Of a DNA stretch of 64,000 nucleotides, positions 1 through 14,436 are shown piece after piece. Source of the stretch: Tepidimonas sp. (GTDB taxonomy: Bacteria > Pseudomonadota > Gammaproteobacteria > Burkholderiales > Burkholderiaceae_C). Under the pieces are notes generated by a model. It was not told the DNA's origin. It did no database searches and was given only the letters and a program-made list of their open reading frames with translations. The translations under genes and the position numbers were made by a program. How positions within the stretch are numbered: position 1 is the first letter of the stretch; the number at the start of each line of letters is the position of its first letter. The stretch covers positions 8,527 through 72,526 of the forward strand of contig NZ_DAISXZ010000003.1 in NCBI RefSeq assembly GCF_036825565.1. The letters run 5' to 3'.

Positions 1-45
1 CATAGTGCGGGGCATACAAAGCTTTGTCATTTCACGGGCCGGATC

Positions 46-1095
46 ATGACGATGGTGGCGATGACGGGGGACCGCGCGGCGCAGCCGCCGCGCGTGCTGG
101 TGGTGCTGGGCATGGGCGGAACGATTGCGGGCCGCGCCGCCAGTGCACAGGATGTGGTGGGGTATCAGGCCGGGGTCGTGTCGGTGGCCGACCTGTTGGC
201 GGGGCTGGCGCCGCCCGAGGGCATGCGGCTAGAGGCCGAGCAGGTTGCCAACGTGGACAGCAAGGACATGACGCCCGCCCTGTGGCAGGCGCTGCTGGCG
301 GCCGCGTGGCGGCACCTGCAGCGGCCGGAGGTGGCGGCGTTGGTCATCACCCACGGCACGGACACGCTGGAGGAGACCGCCTGGCTGCTGCACGCGGTGC
401 TGCAACCGCGCCGGCCGGTGGTCCTGGTGGGGGCGATGCGGCCGGCCTCGGCGGCAGCGCCCGATGGCCCGCAGAACTTGGCCGATGCCCTGACCCTGGC
501 GGGGGATGCCGTCGCGCAGACGGCGGGCGGGGTGTGGGTGACGCTCGCCGGGCGCGTATTCGATGCCCGCGCGGTGCGCAAGGTGCATCCGGCTCGGGCG
601 GATGCGTTCGGTGCGGGCGATGGCGGCCCGGCGGCCTGGGTCGAGGCCGGGCGCGTGCGGTGGCTGGCCCAGCCTGCCGCCGTCTCACCCCACCCCGATC
701 AGGCGGAGCGCGTGCGGGCCGTGTGCACCGCTCCGCGTTGGCCGCGGGTGGAGTGGATCAGTAGCCACGGTGGGGCGGATGGGGCGCTGGTGCGCGCCCT
801 GCTGCGGCAGCGGCATGCGGCTTTGGTCGGTGAAGACGCCGATGCCCCGCTGGCCGGCCTGGTGGTGGCTGGCACGGGCAACGGATCGCTGCATGCCGAG
901 CTGGTGGCAGCCCTTGCCGACGCCGAGGCCCAGGGAGTCACCGTCTGGGTGACGACCCGCTGCCCCGAGGGCGAGGTGATCCCCGGCGACGGCGGGCGGG
1001 CGCGGCGCCCGTTTGCGGTGACGGATCTGCCGCCTGCCAAGGCCCGGCTGGCGCTGTCGCTGCACCTGCTGTGGCAGCAGGCCGCCCTGAGCTGA
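46..1095 (+). CDS. L-asparaginase/glutaminase family protein
   Basis: GMGGTIAG, NVDSKDM and THGTDTLEETA catalytic motifs, plus VGAMRP. Confidence 0.9.
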   Translation: MTMVAMTGDRAAQPPRVLVVLGMGGTIAGRAASAQDVVGYQAGVVSVADLLAGLAPPEGMRLEAEQVANVDSKDMTPALWQALLAAAWRHLQRPEVAALVITHGTDTLEETAWLLHAVLQPRRPVVLVGAMRPASAAAPDGPQNLADALTLAGDAVAQTAGGVWVTLAGRVFDARAVRKVHPARADAFGAGDGGPAAWVEAGRVRWLAQPAAVSPHPDQAERVRAVCTAPRWPRVEWISSHGGADGALVRALLRQRHAALVGEDADAPLAGLVVAGTGNGSLHAELVAALADAEAQGVTVWVTTRCPEGEVIPGDGGRARRPFAVTDLPPAKARLALSLHLLWQQAALS

Positions 1096-1116
1096 ACGCC
1101 CCCGGGGCCGGCGCGT

Positions 1117-1782
<666 letters not shown>

Positions 1783-1924
1783 TTACTCGTCGCGATCGTG
1801 TTAGGGGGCCGCTGCGCGGTGGGGTGCCTCGCAGACCGGCCGGCGGCGGCCGGCGCTCGGCCAACGCCAAAGAATAGCATGTGCACCCCGACACAGCCTT
1901 ACAGGCTGCGATACTGGCGGGGGG

Positions 1925-2710
1925 TCAGCCGTGCAGGCGCGCCCACAAGGCGCGGACACGCTCCAGGTCCTCCGGGGTGTCCACACCGGGGCCGGGGGCG
2001 TGTTGGGTGACGGTGACGGCGATGCGCTCGCCGTGCCACAGCACGCGCAGTTGTTCCAGCGACTCGCAGCGCTCCAGGGGGGCGGCCTGCAATTGCGGAA
2101 AGCGCCGCAAAAACCCGGCGCGGTACGCATACAGGCCGATGTGCCGCAGCGGCCGCGCCTGCTCGGGCCAAGTGGCGAGGTCCAGCTCGCCATCGTGGCG
2201 CGGTGCGTCGCGCCACCAGGGCATGGGCGCGCGGCTGAAGTACAGCGCCGTCGCCCGCCGATCCAGAACCACCTTGACGACGTTCGGGTTGAACAGCTCC
2301 GCCGCCGTGGCGATCGGGTGGGCGGCCGTCCCCATCGCGCAGTCGGGGCGGTCCTGCAGCACCTGGGCCACGGCCTGCACCAGCGCTGGGTCGATCAGCG
2401 GCTCGTCCCCCTGGACGTTGACCACCAGCGCGTCGTCAGGCAGTCCCAGCCGGTCCACGGCCTCGGCCAGCCGGTCGCTGCCACTGGGATGGTCCGCTCG
2501 GGTCAGGAGGGCGGCGACGCCGGCGGCGGCGCATGCGTCGGCGATCGCCGCGTCGTCGGTCGCGACGGTGCACGAGCGGGCCCCGCTCGCCAGGACGCGC
2601 TGGGCCACCCGAACGACCATCGGGGCGCCGCCGATGTCGGCCAACGGCTTGTCGGGCAGGCGGGTGGAGGCGCGCCGCGCCGGAATCACGACATGGAAGT
2701 CCACGGGCAT
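1925..2710 (-). CDS. kdsB: 3-deoxy-manno-octulosonate cytidylyltransferase
   Basis: [34 protein letters not shown]; start placed at ATG 2710. Confidence 0.96.
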   Translation of the reverse strand: MPVDFHVVIPARRASTRLPDKPLADIGGAPMVVRVAQRVLASGARSCTVATDDAAIADACAAAGVAALLTRADHPSGSDRLAEAVDRLGLPDDALVVNVQGDEPLIDPALVQAVAQVLQDRPDCAMGTAAHPIATAAELFNPNVVKVVLDRRATALYFSRAPMPWWRDAPRHDGELDLATWPEQARPLRHIGLYAYRAGFLRRFPQLQAAPLERCESLEQLRVLWHGERIAVTVTQHAPGPGVDTPEDLERVRALWARLHG

Positions 2711-2723
2711 GGCGTCGGCGGCG

Positions 2724-2933
2724 TCAAGGGGCCGCGGGGCGCGGCGGGGCCAGCCGGTCCAGTTCGGCCGCGTCCAGGGCACGGGCTTCGTTTTCCAGCA
2801 TGATGGGGATGCCGTCGCGGATCGGGTAGGCCAGCCGCGCCCCGCGCGAGATCAGCTCCTGCGTCTCGCGCGCATACACCAGCGGGCCCTTGGTGACGGG
2901 GCACACGAGCAATTCGAGCAGCTTCGGATCCAT
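2724..2933 (-). CDS. Trm112/YcaR family protein
   Basis: [18 protein letters not shown]...[11 protein letters not shown]; usual position between lpxK and kdsB. Confidence 0.93.
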   Translation of the reverse strand: MDPKLLELLVCPVTKGPLVYARETQELISRGARLAYPIRDGIPIMLENEARALDAAELDRLAPPRPAAP

Positions 2934-2956
2934 GGCGGGCATCATAGCGCCTCGTA

Positions 2957-4033
2957 TCAAAGCGCAGACCGTGGGCGCATCCGTTCCAGATGCCGATCCA
3001 CCGCCGCAAACCACGCCGGCTCGGGGGTGAAAAGCAGCGGCACGCGCCACAGCGATGCCCGCCCCGTCAGCGGCGGGTCGTGCAGACCGTGCACCTTGAT
3101 TGCGTCCTTGTCCGTGCACAGCCAGATGCGGGTCGCGCCGGGGGCTGAGGTGGCCTCGCGCAGCGCAGCACCAATCTGGTCGGCCGATGCATGATCGGGC
3201 AGCGCCAGGGTCTGCGTCAGGGCAAGCCCCCGTTGGCGCAACTGGGCAAAAAACGCCTCTGGTCGGGCGATGCCCGCCAAGGCGCCCACTGGCGTGCCCT
3301 GTGCCGCCCAGTCGCTCAGCGCGTGGCGGTAACCCCTGGCATCGACGGCATCGGCCGCCAGGGCCCGGCTCGCAGCAAACTCGGCATACGGATGGGCGCG
3401 GGGGGGGCGCCGCGGCGCGGCCGTGCGCAGCACCAGTGCCGGCCCGCCGCCCCAGATGGGTCCGGGCCAGGGCTCGCGCAGAGGCCCGGCGGGCAGCAGC
3501 CAGCCGTTGCCGACATCCCGGTCATCGAATACCACGATCGTCAAATCCCGTGCCATGGCCCAGTGCTGCATGCCGTCGTCGCTGACGACGATGTCCACCT
3601 CGGGGTGGCGCTGCAACAGCGCACGGGCGGCGGCTGGGCGGTCCCGGCCGACGGCGAGCGGTGCGCCGGTCTCGCGCGCGATCAGGGCCGGTTCGTCGCC
3701 GAAGCGCTCGGGGTCGGCCGCGTCCTCGACGACGTGCAGATCCTGACCGGGCCGGCGGCCGTGGCCGCGCGAGACGACGCCCGGGTGCCAGCCCCGCGCC
3801 TGCAAGTGGCGCACCAGCGCGATGACGGTGGGCGTCTTGCCCGCCCCGCCGACCACGACATTGCCCACCACCACCACCGGCACCGGCAGACGTTGCACCT
3901 GCCGCCCGCCCAGACGCCACACCAGCGCGCGCCCGGCCAGCGCCGCGCGGTACAGCGCGGCCAGCGGCAGCAGGCTGCAGGCCAGCGGCCCCCGCCCCAG
4001 CCAGGCCGATGGCAGGTCCAGGCCGACGGACAT
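2957..4033 (-). CDS. lpxK: tetraacyldisaccharide 4'-kinase
   Basis: [36 protein letters not shown]. Confidence 0.95.
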   Translation of the reverse strand: MSVGLDLPSAWLGRGPLACSLLPLAALYRAALAGRALVWRLGGRQVQRLPVPVVVVGNVVVGGAGKTPTVIALVRHLQARGWHPGVVSRGHGRRPGQDLHVVEDAADPERFGDEPALIARETGAPLAVGRDRPAAARALLQRHPEVDIVVSDDGMQHWAMARDLTIVVFDDRDVGNGWLLPAGPLREPWPGPIWGGGPALVLRTAAPRRPPRAHPYAEFAASRALAADAVDARGYRHALSDWAAQGTPVGALAGIARPEAFFAQLRQRGLALTQTLALPDHASADQIGAALREATSAPGATRIWLCTDKDAIKVHGLHDPPLTGRASLWRVPLLFTPEPAWFAAVDRHLERMRPRSAL

Positions 4034-4452
4034 CAGCGGCGCTCGCCGTGCTGCGTGGCAAACGTGATCTGCACCAGGCCGGCCTGCCGCGCGGCGTCCA
4101 TGACGTTGATCACCGATTGGTGGCTGGCCGCCGCGTCGGCCTGGATGACGAGCAGACTGTCCTTGCGCGAGGCCTGGCTCGCGCGCAGCGCAGCCACCAG
4201 CGCGTCGACCCCGTGTGCATCCAGCACGCGGTTGTCCACGGCATAGCGCCCGTCCGGTCCGACCGTGACCACGATTTCGGTAGGGCTCTGCGGGGGCGGC
4301 TCGGCATTCGCGACGGGCAGGTTGACCTGCAGCGCGGTCGCCTGGCTGAAGGTGGTCGTGAGCATCAAAAAGATCAGCACCACCAACAGAATGTCGATGA
4401 ACGGGATCAGGTTGATCTCCGGTTCCTCGCGGTTGCCGTGTCGGAAGTTCAT
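4033..4452 (-). CDS. exbD: ExbD/TolR family biopolymer transporter
   Basis: EINLIPFIDILLVVLIFLM; IQADAAASHQSVINVMD. Confidence 0.9.
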   Translation of the reverse strand: MNFRHGNREEPEINLIPFIDILLVVLIFLMLTTTFSQATALQVNLPVANAEPPPQSPTEIVVTVGPDGRYAVDNRVLDAHGVDALVAALRASQASRKDSLLVIQADAAASHQSVINVMDAARQAGLVQITFATQHGERR

Positions 4453-4482
4453 GCAGAGTTCGCGCAGGGGAGAGGGCAGGGG

Positions 4483-5118
4483 TCAGCGGCGCAGGGTGAG
4501 CAGATGGTGGACGAACCGTTCGGCTCCCACCTCAAGCTGGAGCAGGAACGCATCCGCCCGGGCCCGGTAGTAGCGCCAGAAAATCAGCGCGGGGATGGCG
4601 ATCATCAAGCCGAAGGCGGTGTTGTAGAGTGCGACCGAGATGCCGTGCGCGAGCTGCGCCGGATTGCCCCCGCCCGGCATCAAACCCCCGGGGCCGGCTT
4701 GCGAGCCAAAAATCTCGATCATGCCGATCACCGTCCCGAGCAGGCCCAGCAGCGGTGCCGCCGACGCCACGGTGGCCAGCGCGCCCAGGTAGCGCTGCAA
4801 CTGCGCTGCGGCCAGGCGGCCGGCGGATTCCAGCCCGGCGCGCAGCTCGGCTTCGGTGGCGCGGGGGTTGGCCTGCAGGGCGCGAAATCCGCTGGCCAAC
4901 ACCGTGCCGAGCAGCGAGTTGTCGGCCAATTGATCGACCACGGTGGGCGGGGGGACACCATGCCGCGAAGCCTGGATGGCTTCGTCCACCAGTTGGGGGG
5001 GCGCGATCTTGCTGGTTCGCAGGCTGATGGCGCGTTCGATGACGAGCGTCAGACCGAGGATGGAGCACGCGATCAGCGTCCAAATGGGCCAGCCGGCGGC
5101 TTGTATGATCGACAGCAA
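4483..5118 (-). CDS. exbB: MotA/TolQ/ExbB proton channel protein
   Basis: APLLGLLGTVIGMI and GISVALYNTAFGL; TTG start. Confidence 0.88.
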   Translation of the reverse strand: MLSIIQAAGWPIWTLIACSILGLTLVIERAISLRTSKIAPPQLVDEAIQASRHGVPPPTVVDQLADNSLLGTVLASGFRALQANPRATEAELRAGLESAGRLAAAQLQRYLGALATVASAAPLLGLLGTVIGMIEIFGSQAGPGGLMPGGGNPAQLAHGISVALYNTAFGLMIAIPALIFWRYYRARADAFLLQLEVGAERFVHHLLTLRR

Positions 5119-5213
5119 GGGGGTTCTCCTGGGCGGCGGTCGCTGCGCGCATTATGGAGCAGGCCCTGTGCGGCGGGAGCGTGGGGACATCCGATCCATG
5201 CGGTCACCCGGCC

Positions 5214-5400
5214 TGTGGATAAGCTTGTGTGCAACCAGCCTGTCGTCCTTGGGCGTTGACCGGATGTGGACAGCCTGTGAATCCCGGCTTTCCTCTGGGC
5301 GGGTAAAAAATCTGTTTTTTTGACAAGGACTTGGCGATGGCATTCAGGTGTCGTGCGGGCTATGATCCACACGTCGCTGGCGGGGGCGAACTGTGGGCAA
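5214..5400. promoter_or_regulatory. cluster of DnaA-box-like 9-mers in the exbB/xseA divergent intergenic region
   Basis: Perfect TTATCCACA at 5214-5222 (minus); near matches at 5226-5234, 5265-5273, 5276-5284, 5363-5371, 5392-5400. Confidence 0.6.
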
Positions 5401-5404
5401 CCCC

Positions 5405-6712
5405 ATGAGCGGATCGCCTTGGCCGCTGTCGGACGACGAGCCCGCCTGGCCGGTGGGGGCCTTGGTGTCGGCCGTCGCCGACGCGCTGCGGGCGCGCTTC
5501 AACCCCGTGCGGGTGAGCGGCGAGGTGGCGGGCTACCTGCGCGCCGGCAGCGGCCATGCCTACTTCACGCTGAAGGACTCGCAGGGGCAGTTGCGGTGCG
5601 CGTTTTTTCGCCGCGCGGCCGAGGCCAGCGCCGTCGCCTTGCGCGACGGCCTGCGCATCGAGGTGCTGGGGCGGCTGGATGTGTACGCCCCGCGCGGGGA
5701 CCTGCAACTCGTGGTCGAGCGCGTCCGGCTGGCGGGGCAGGGGGATTTGTACGAGCGGTTTTTTCGCCTGAAGGCCACGCTGCAGGCCGAAGGCCTGTTC
5801 GAGTCGGCGCGCAAGCGGCCGCTGCCGGCGTTTCCGGCGAGTGTCGGGGTCGTCACATCGCTCGACGCGGCCGCCCTGCGCGATGTGGCCACCACCCTGG
5901 CGCGACGGGTGCCGCATCTGCCGGTGCGGCTGTACCCCGCCGCGGTGCAGGGGGCGGATGCGCCGGCCCAGTTGTGTGCCGCGTTGCGCCGCGCTTACCA
6001 GGACCACCGCGACACGGGGGCGCCGGCCGTGCTGTTGCTGGTGCGCGGTGGCGGCTCGCTGGAAGACCTGTGGGCTTTCAACGACCCCGACCTGGTGCGC
6101 ACGATGGCCCAAGCTCCCATGCCCATCGTCTGCGGTGTCGGGCACGAGACGGATGTGACGCTAGCGGACTTCGTCGCGGATGTGCGGGCGCCGACGCCGA
6201 CCGCGGCGGCCGAGTTGTGCGCCCCCGCCGCCGCCATGCTGCGCGAGGCGCTGCAGCGTCAGGCCCAACGCCTGAGCGCTGCGCCCTGGCGCCGGATCGA
6301 TGCGCAGGCACAGCATCTGGACCGGCTGGCGCAGCGGCTGGGGCGGCCATCTGCTCTGACCGTCCGCGAGCGCGCCCGCCTGCAGGCGCACGAGCACCGG
6401 CTGGAGCGGGCGTTGGCGCTGCGCATCGACCGGCAACGCCAACACGTGCTGCGGCTGGAGCAGGCGTGGCAGTCAGCCGGGCGACGCGACACCGAGCGAC
6501 GCCGGCTGCGACTGGAGCGCTGGGGCGCCCAGCTGGCCCTGTTGGATCCCCACCTGGTCCTGCAGCGGGGCTACGCCCTGGTCACCGATGCCCAGGGCCA
6601 TGTCGTCACCCGCGCCGACCGGACGGCGCTGGATGCCCCCCTCCGTGTGGACCTGGCGGCAGGGCGGCTGGATGTGCGGGTGAGCGCCGTGCATGCCGAG
6701 GCGGTGCGTTGA
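5405..6712 (+). CDS. xseA: exodeoxyribonuclease VII large subunit
   Basis: SGHAYFTLKD, VRGGGSLEDLWAFN, GVGHETD, RAPTPTAAAE; alternative GTG start at 5393. Confidence 0.96.
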   Translation: MSGSPWPLSDDEPAWPVGALVSAVADALRARFNPVRVSGEVAGYLRAGSGHAYFTLKDSQGQLRCAFFRRAAEASAVALRDGLRIEVLGRLDVYAPRGDLQLVVERVRLAGQGDLYERFFRLKATLQAEGLFESARKRPLPAFPASVGVVTSLDAAALRDVATTLARRVPHLPVRLYPAAVQGADAPAQLCAALRRAYQDHRDTGAPAVLLLVRGGGSLEDLWAFNDPDLVRTMAQAPMPIVCGVGHETDVTLADFVADVRAPTPTAAAELCAPAAAMLREALQRQAQRLSAAPWRRIDAQAQHLDRLAQRLGRPSALTVRERARLQAHEHRLERALALRIDRQRQHVLRLEQAWQSAGRRDTERRRLRLERWGAQLALLDPHLVLQRGYALVTDAQGHVVTRADRTALDAPLRVDLAAGRLDVRVSAVHAEAVR

Positions 6713-6812
6713 TTCCGCGCCGCCTCCGGGGACACGCCGAGCCGGCCATGCGGCTGCAATGGCCCTTCCCTACAATCCCACGGTTCGACCACAACCCCAA
6801 CGAGGACACGCC

Positions 6813-7400
6813 ATGGAACACACGCTGCCCCCCCTGCCGTTTGCGATCGATGCCCTGGAGCCGCACTACTCCAAGGAGACGCTGGAGTACCACCACGGCA
6901 AGCACCACAACGCCTACGTGGTCAACCTGAACAACCTGCAAAAGGGCACCGAGTACGAGTCAATGGCGCTGGAGGATATCATCCGCAAAGCGGCCAACCC
7001 CGGCCCGATCTACAACAACGCCGCGCAGGTCTGGAATCACACCTTCTTCTGGAACTGCATGAAACCCAACGGCGGCGGTGAGCCGACCGGCGCGCTGGCG
7101 GCGGCGATCAATGCCAAGTGGGGCAGCTACGCCGCTTTCCGCGAGGCCTTTGTCAAGAGTGCGGTCGGCAACTTCGGCTCCGGCTGGACCTGGCTGGTGA
7201 AGAAGCCCGATGGCAGCGTTGATATCGTCAACACCGGCGCTGCCGGCACGCCGCTGACCACCGCCGACAAGGCGCTGCTGACGGTGGACGTCTGGGAGCA
7301 CGCCTACTACATCGACTACCGCAACCTGCGCCAAAAATTCGTCGAGACCTTCCTCGATAAGTTGGTGAACTGGGAGTTCGCGCAGGCCAACTACGCCTGA
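6813..7400 (+). CDS. sodB: superoxide dismutase [Fe]
   Basis: YHHGKHH, NNAAQVWNHTFFW, DVWEHAYY; GAGGA RBS. Confidence 0.96.
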   Translation: MEHTLPPLPFAIDALEPHYSKETLEYHHGKHHNAYVVNLNNLQKGTEYESMALEDIIRKAANPGPIYNNAAQVWNHTFFWNCMKPNGGGEPTGALAAAINAKWGSYAAFREAFVKSAVGNFGSGWTWLVKKPDGSVDIVNTGAAGTPLTTADKALLTVDVWEHAYYIDYRNLRQKFVETFLDKLVNWEFAQANYA

Positions 7401-7469
7401 CGGCGCGACGCCCCGCCCCTGCCCGGACGAAGGGGGAGAGGCCCTCGAGGAGGTGGCTCGTCCGCCCCT

Positions 7470-8027
7470 TCAACGCCCGCCAAACGGTCCGCCGGCCAGC
7501 CGAAAGCCGGGGCCGATGCCTCGCTTGGCAAACCAGCCCTGCGCGACCTCGAGCACATAGCGAACGGGTTCGCGCGAGCAGTGGCTGGTCTCGTCGAGCG
7601 GGCGCATGTCCACCAGGTTGACGATGCGGCCATCGTCCGCGACGAAGGCGGCCGTCAGCGGCACATAGGTGTTGCGCATCCAAAAGCACTGCACGGCCGG
7701 TGCCTCGAAGACAAACAGCATCCCTTCGTTGGGAGCCAGCTCCCGCCGCCACATCAGGCCGATCGAACGCTGCTCGTGCGTCAGCGCCACCTGCGCATCG
7801 ATCAGGTGCATCCCGGCGCGCAGCGACACGCGCGGCAAGTCCGTCTGGGCAGTCTGAGCCCGCTCGGCGGCGGAAGGTTGAACCGCCGCAGCCGGTGTCG
7901 CGCACAGCCCCACGGCCATGGCCAGCACCGCCCAGAACCCTGCGCCCAGCGGACGCCGACCGCGTTGCCACCGGTCTGGCCGAGGGTGACGGAGAAGGGC
8001 CGCCGGCGGGCGGAGCGGGACAGGCAT
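7470..8027 (-). CDS. DUF192 family exported protein
   Basis: GLMWR...EGMLFVF...CFWMRNT...YVLE; start uncertain. Confidence 0.8.
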   Translation of the reverse strand: MPVPLRPPAALLRHPRPDRWQRGRRPLGAGFWAVLAMAVGLCATPAAAVQPSAAERAQTAQTDLPRVSLRAGMHLIDAQVALTHEQRSIGLMWRRELAPNEGMLFVFEAPAVQCFWMRNTYVPLTAAFVADDGRIVNLVDMRPLDETSHCSREPVRYVLEVAQGWFAKRGIGPGFRLAGGPFGGR

Positions 8028-8124
8028 GGCGTCAGGTCCACGGAGGTTTTGTCGATAGAATCGATTCTAGAGCCCAGCGCCTACCCGGTGCTGTGGCGCA
8101 TTACGCCCTACGGAGACCCCGCTC

Positions 8125-9378
<1,254 letters not shown>

Positions 9379-9449
9379 TCGCCGCGCGGGCCGAAGTGCC
9401 CGCGCCGTCCGCCGCCTGTCGCGGGAGGAATGCCTTGCGACCCACGCTG

Positions 9450-9479
9450 CCGCCGCCCTCTGGGGCGGCGGTGCTTTTT
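9450..9479 (+). terminator. intrinsic terminator after icd
   Basis: CCGCCGCCC-TCTG-GGGCGGCGG stem followed by TGCTTTTT. Confidence 0.7.
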
Positions 9480-9542
9480 GGGCGACGGACGGCCAAGCCG
9501 CGCCCCATGTGGGGGTGCCGAATTTATTGCAGAATGATTGCC

Positions 9543-9890
9543 ATGGCCACGACACCCAAACAACCCGATCTGACCCCGAGCGTGCCCGGCGGCGGCGATG
9601 CGGTGGTGTTGGAGCATCGCCGCCAGCGCGTGCAGCCGCCCAAGATGTATCAGGTCGTCCTGCTCAACGACGACTTCACGCCGATGGAGTTCGTCGTGCG
9701 CGTGCTGCAGGAGTTTTTCAACAAGGACCACGAGACAGCGACCCAGATCATGCTCAAGATCCATGTGCACGGGCGCGGCGTGTGCGGCATCTATACCCGC
9801 GATGTTGCCGCCACCAAGGTCGAACAGGTCACCCAGGCCGCACGGGCCGCGGGGCATCCGCTGCAGTGCGTGGCGGAACCCGTTGAATAA
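9543..9890 (+). CDS. clpS: ATP-dependent Clp protease adaptor
   Basis: [16 protein letters not shown]...[14 protein letters not shown]; upstream of clpA. Confidence 0.96.
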   Translation: MATTPKQPDLTPSVPGGGDAVVLEHRRQRVQPPKMYQVVLLNDDFTPMEFVVRVLQEFFNKDHETATQIMLKIHVHGRGVCGIYTRDVAATKVEQVTQAARAAGHPLQCVAEPVE

Positions 9891-9971
9891 AGAGGACTCC
9901 GCCCCACATACCCGAATGTGCCGGTGGATGCATCGCGCTACAGTTGAACCCCGAAGTGAAGGAAGTGCCCC

Positions 9972-12311
<2,340 letters not shown>

Positions 12312-12350
12312 CCCCTGTCGCCCCATGCCAGCCCCGGGGCGCGGGTGGGG

Positions 12351-12890
12351 TCAGGCGGGTGGCGGTACGCCCTCGCGCTGCAGCAGCGCGCGCTTGTGCT
12401 CGAGCCCCCAGCGGTAGCCGGTCAGGCGGCCGTCGCTGGCGATCACCCGGTGGCATGGGATCACCACCGCCAGCGGGTTGGCACCGCAGGCCTGTGCCAC
12501 GGCTCGCGTGGCGCGTGGGGCGCCCAGACGGCGGGCGACCTCGCCATAGCCGAGGGTCTGGCCTGGGGGGATGGTGCGCAGCACCGCCCACACACGCTGC
12601 TGGAAGGCGGTCCCGCGGATGTCCAGCGGCAGGGCGAAATCTCGGCCCGGGGCTTCGATCAGCGCGGCGACCGCGTCCGCCCATGCGCGGTGCGTGCGCT
12701 GGCCGTCCGCGAGGGCCGCGCGGGGAAAACGTCGGCACAGATCGGCCCGCCAGGCGTCCTCCGTGGTGCCCAGCGAGACGGCACGCAGGCCAGCCGGGCT
12801 GACGGCGACCCGCACGTCGCCCAAGGGGCAGGGGGCGACGGCCGTGTGGAGGGTTTCTGGCGCAGGAACAGTTGGGGGCATAGGCGGCAT
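12351..12890 (-). CDS. ogt: methylated-DNA--protein-cysteine methyltransferase
   Basis: [22 protein letters not shown] active site. Confidence 0.9.
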   Translation of the reverse strand: MPPMPPTVPAPETLHTAVAPCPLGDVRVAVSPAGLRAVSLGTTEDAWRADLCRRFPRAALADGQRTHRAWADAVAALIEAPGRDFALPLDIRGTAFQQRVWAVLRTIPPGQTLGYGEVARRLGAPRATRAVAQACGANPLAVVIPCHRVIASDGRLTGYRWGLEHKRALLQREGVPPPA

Positions 12891-12972
12891 GGCCCCACTG
12901 TACGCCAAACCACGCCCCGCGGGCCGACGTGCCCCGACGTGGCCGGTGCGGCGCACCGGTTACCATGCCCGG

Positions 12973-14436
12973 GTGATCCAGACCGCCCACACCTTTTTTT
13001 GGCACGACTACGAGACCTTTGGTGCCGACGCCCGGCGGGATCGGCCCGCCCAGTTTGCCGGCCTACGCACCGATGCTCAGCTCAACCCCATCGGCGAGCC
13101 CCTCATTGCGTACTGCCGCCCGTCGCCGGACTATCTGCCCGACCCGGAAAGCTGTCTGATCACCGGTATCACGCCCCAGACCTGCCTGGACCGCGGCGTC
13201 AGCGAGCGCATCTTTGCCGAGTCCATTCTGGCTGAGCTGGAGCGTCCGGGCACCGTCGGTGTGGGCTACAACTCCATCCGCTTCGACGACGAGTTCACGC
13301 GCCACCTGTTGTGGCGCAATCTGCTCGATCCTTACGGCCGGGAGTGGCGCAACGGCTGCGGCCGCTGGGACCTGCTGGACGTCGTGCGCATGGCCTGGGC
13401 GCTGCGCCCGCAAGGCATCGAGTGGCCGCGCCACCCCGACGGGCGGCCGAGTTTTCGCCTCGAGGATCTGACGGCGGCGAACGGCCTCGCCCACGCCCAG
13501 GCGCACGACGCCATGTCGGATGTGTTGGCCACGGTGGCGGTGGCGCGTCTGATCCGCCAGCGCCAGCCCCGGCTGTTCGACTACGCCTTTGGGTTGCACC
13601 GGCGCGAGCGCGTCATGCAGGTGTTGGGCCTGCCTGCGCTGGCGGGCCAGGCGCGCCCCTTCGTGCATGTGTCGGGTCAGTTTTCCACCGAGCGGGGCTG
13701 CCTGGCGGTGATGTGGCCGCTGGCCAGCCACCCGTCCAACCGCAACGAACTGCTGGCTTGGGATCTGGCTCACGATCCGCGGGAGCTGATCGATTTGCGG
13801 CCGGAGGAGGCGCGCCTGCGCCTGTTTACCCGCCAGGCCGACTTGCCCGAAGGGGTGCGGCGGCTGCCGCTCAAGAGCATTCACCTCAACCGCTCGCCCA
13901 TGGTGGTGAGCAACCCGGCGGTGCTGCAGGATGGCGCCGCCGAGCGCTTTGGGCTGGATTGGGGACTCATCGTGCGGCACGCCGCCTACGCCGCTGGCCT
14001 GCCCGATCTGGGCGCGCTGTGGGCCGCGCTGTTTGGGCGTCACTCGCCGTCCGGGGCGGCCGATGTGGACGGTGCGCTCTACGACGGTTTCGTCGGTGAC
14101 GAGGACCGCCGGCGGCTGGCGCGGCTGCGCCAGCTCGATCCCGCCGATCCGGCGTGGCAGCGGGCGGGGTTCGACGATCCGCGGCTGCCGGAGCTGGTGT
14201 TTCGCTTCCGCGCCCGCAACCACCCGGAGTCGCTGCGCGACGATGAGCGCTTGCGCTGGCGCGAGCACTGTCGCGCCCGGTTGATGGAAGGCACGGGCGG
14301 CTTCGCGCCGTTACCGGCTTATCTGGAGCGGCTGGATGCGCTGGCCGAAGGGGCCGTCGAGCGCGGTGACGAGCGAGCGCGGGCGATCCTGGCCGACTTG
14401 ATGGACTACGCCACCTTGCTAGCGCCGAAGGAATGA
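12973..14436 (+). CDS. sbcB: exodeoxyribonuclease I
   Basis: WHDYETFG, GYNSIRFDDE, AHDAMSDV; GTG start inferred. Confidence 0.95.
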   Translation: MIQTAHTFFWHDYETFGADARRDRPAQFAGLRTDAQLNPIGEPLIAYCRPSPDYLPDPESCLITGITPQTCLDRGVSERIFAESILAELERPGTVGVGYNSIRFDDEFTRHLLWRNLLDPYGREWRNGCGRWDLLDVVRMAWALRPQGIEWPRHPDGRPSFRLEDLTAANGLAHAQAHDAMSDVLATVAVARLIRQRQPRLFDYAFGLHRRERVMQVLGLPALAGQARPFVHVSGQFSTERGCLAVMWPLASHPSNRNELLAWDLAHDPRELIDLRPEEARLRLFTRQADLPEGVRRLPLKSIHLNRSPMVVSNPAVLQDGAAERFGLDWGLIVRHAAYAAGLPDLGALWAALFGRHSPSGAADVDGALYDGFVGDEDRRRLARLRQLDPADPAWQRAGFDDPRLPELVFRFRARNHPESLRDDERLRWREHCRARLMEGTGGFAPLPAYLERLDALAEGAVERGDERARAILADLMDYATLLAPKE

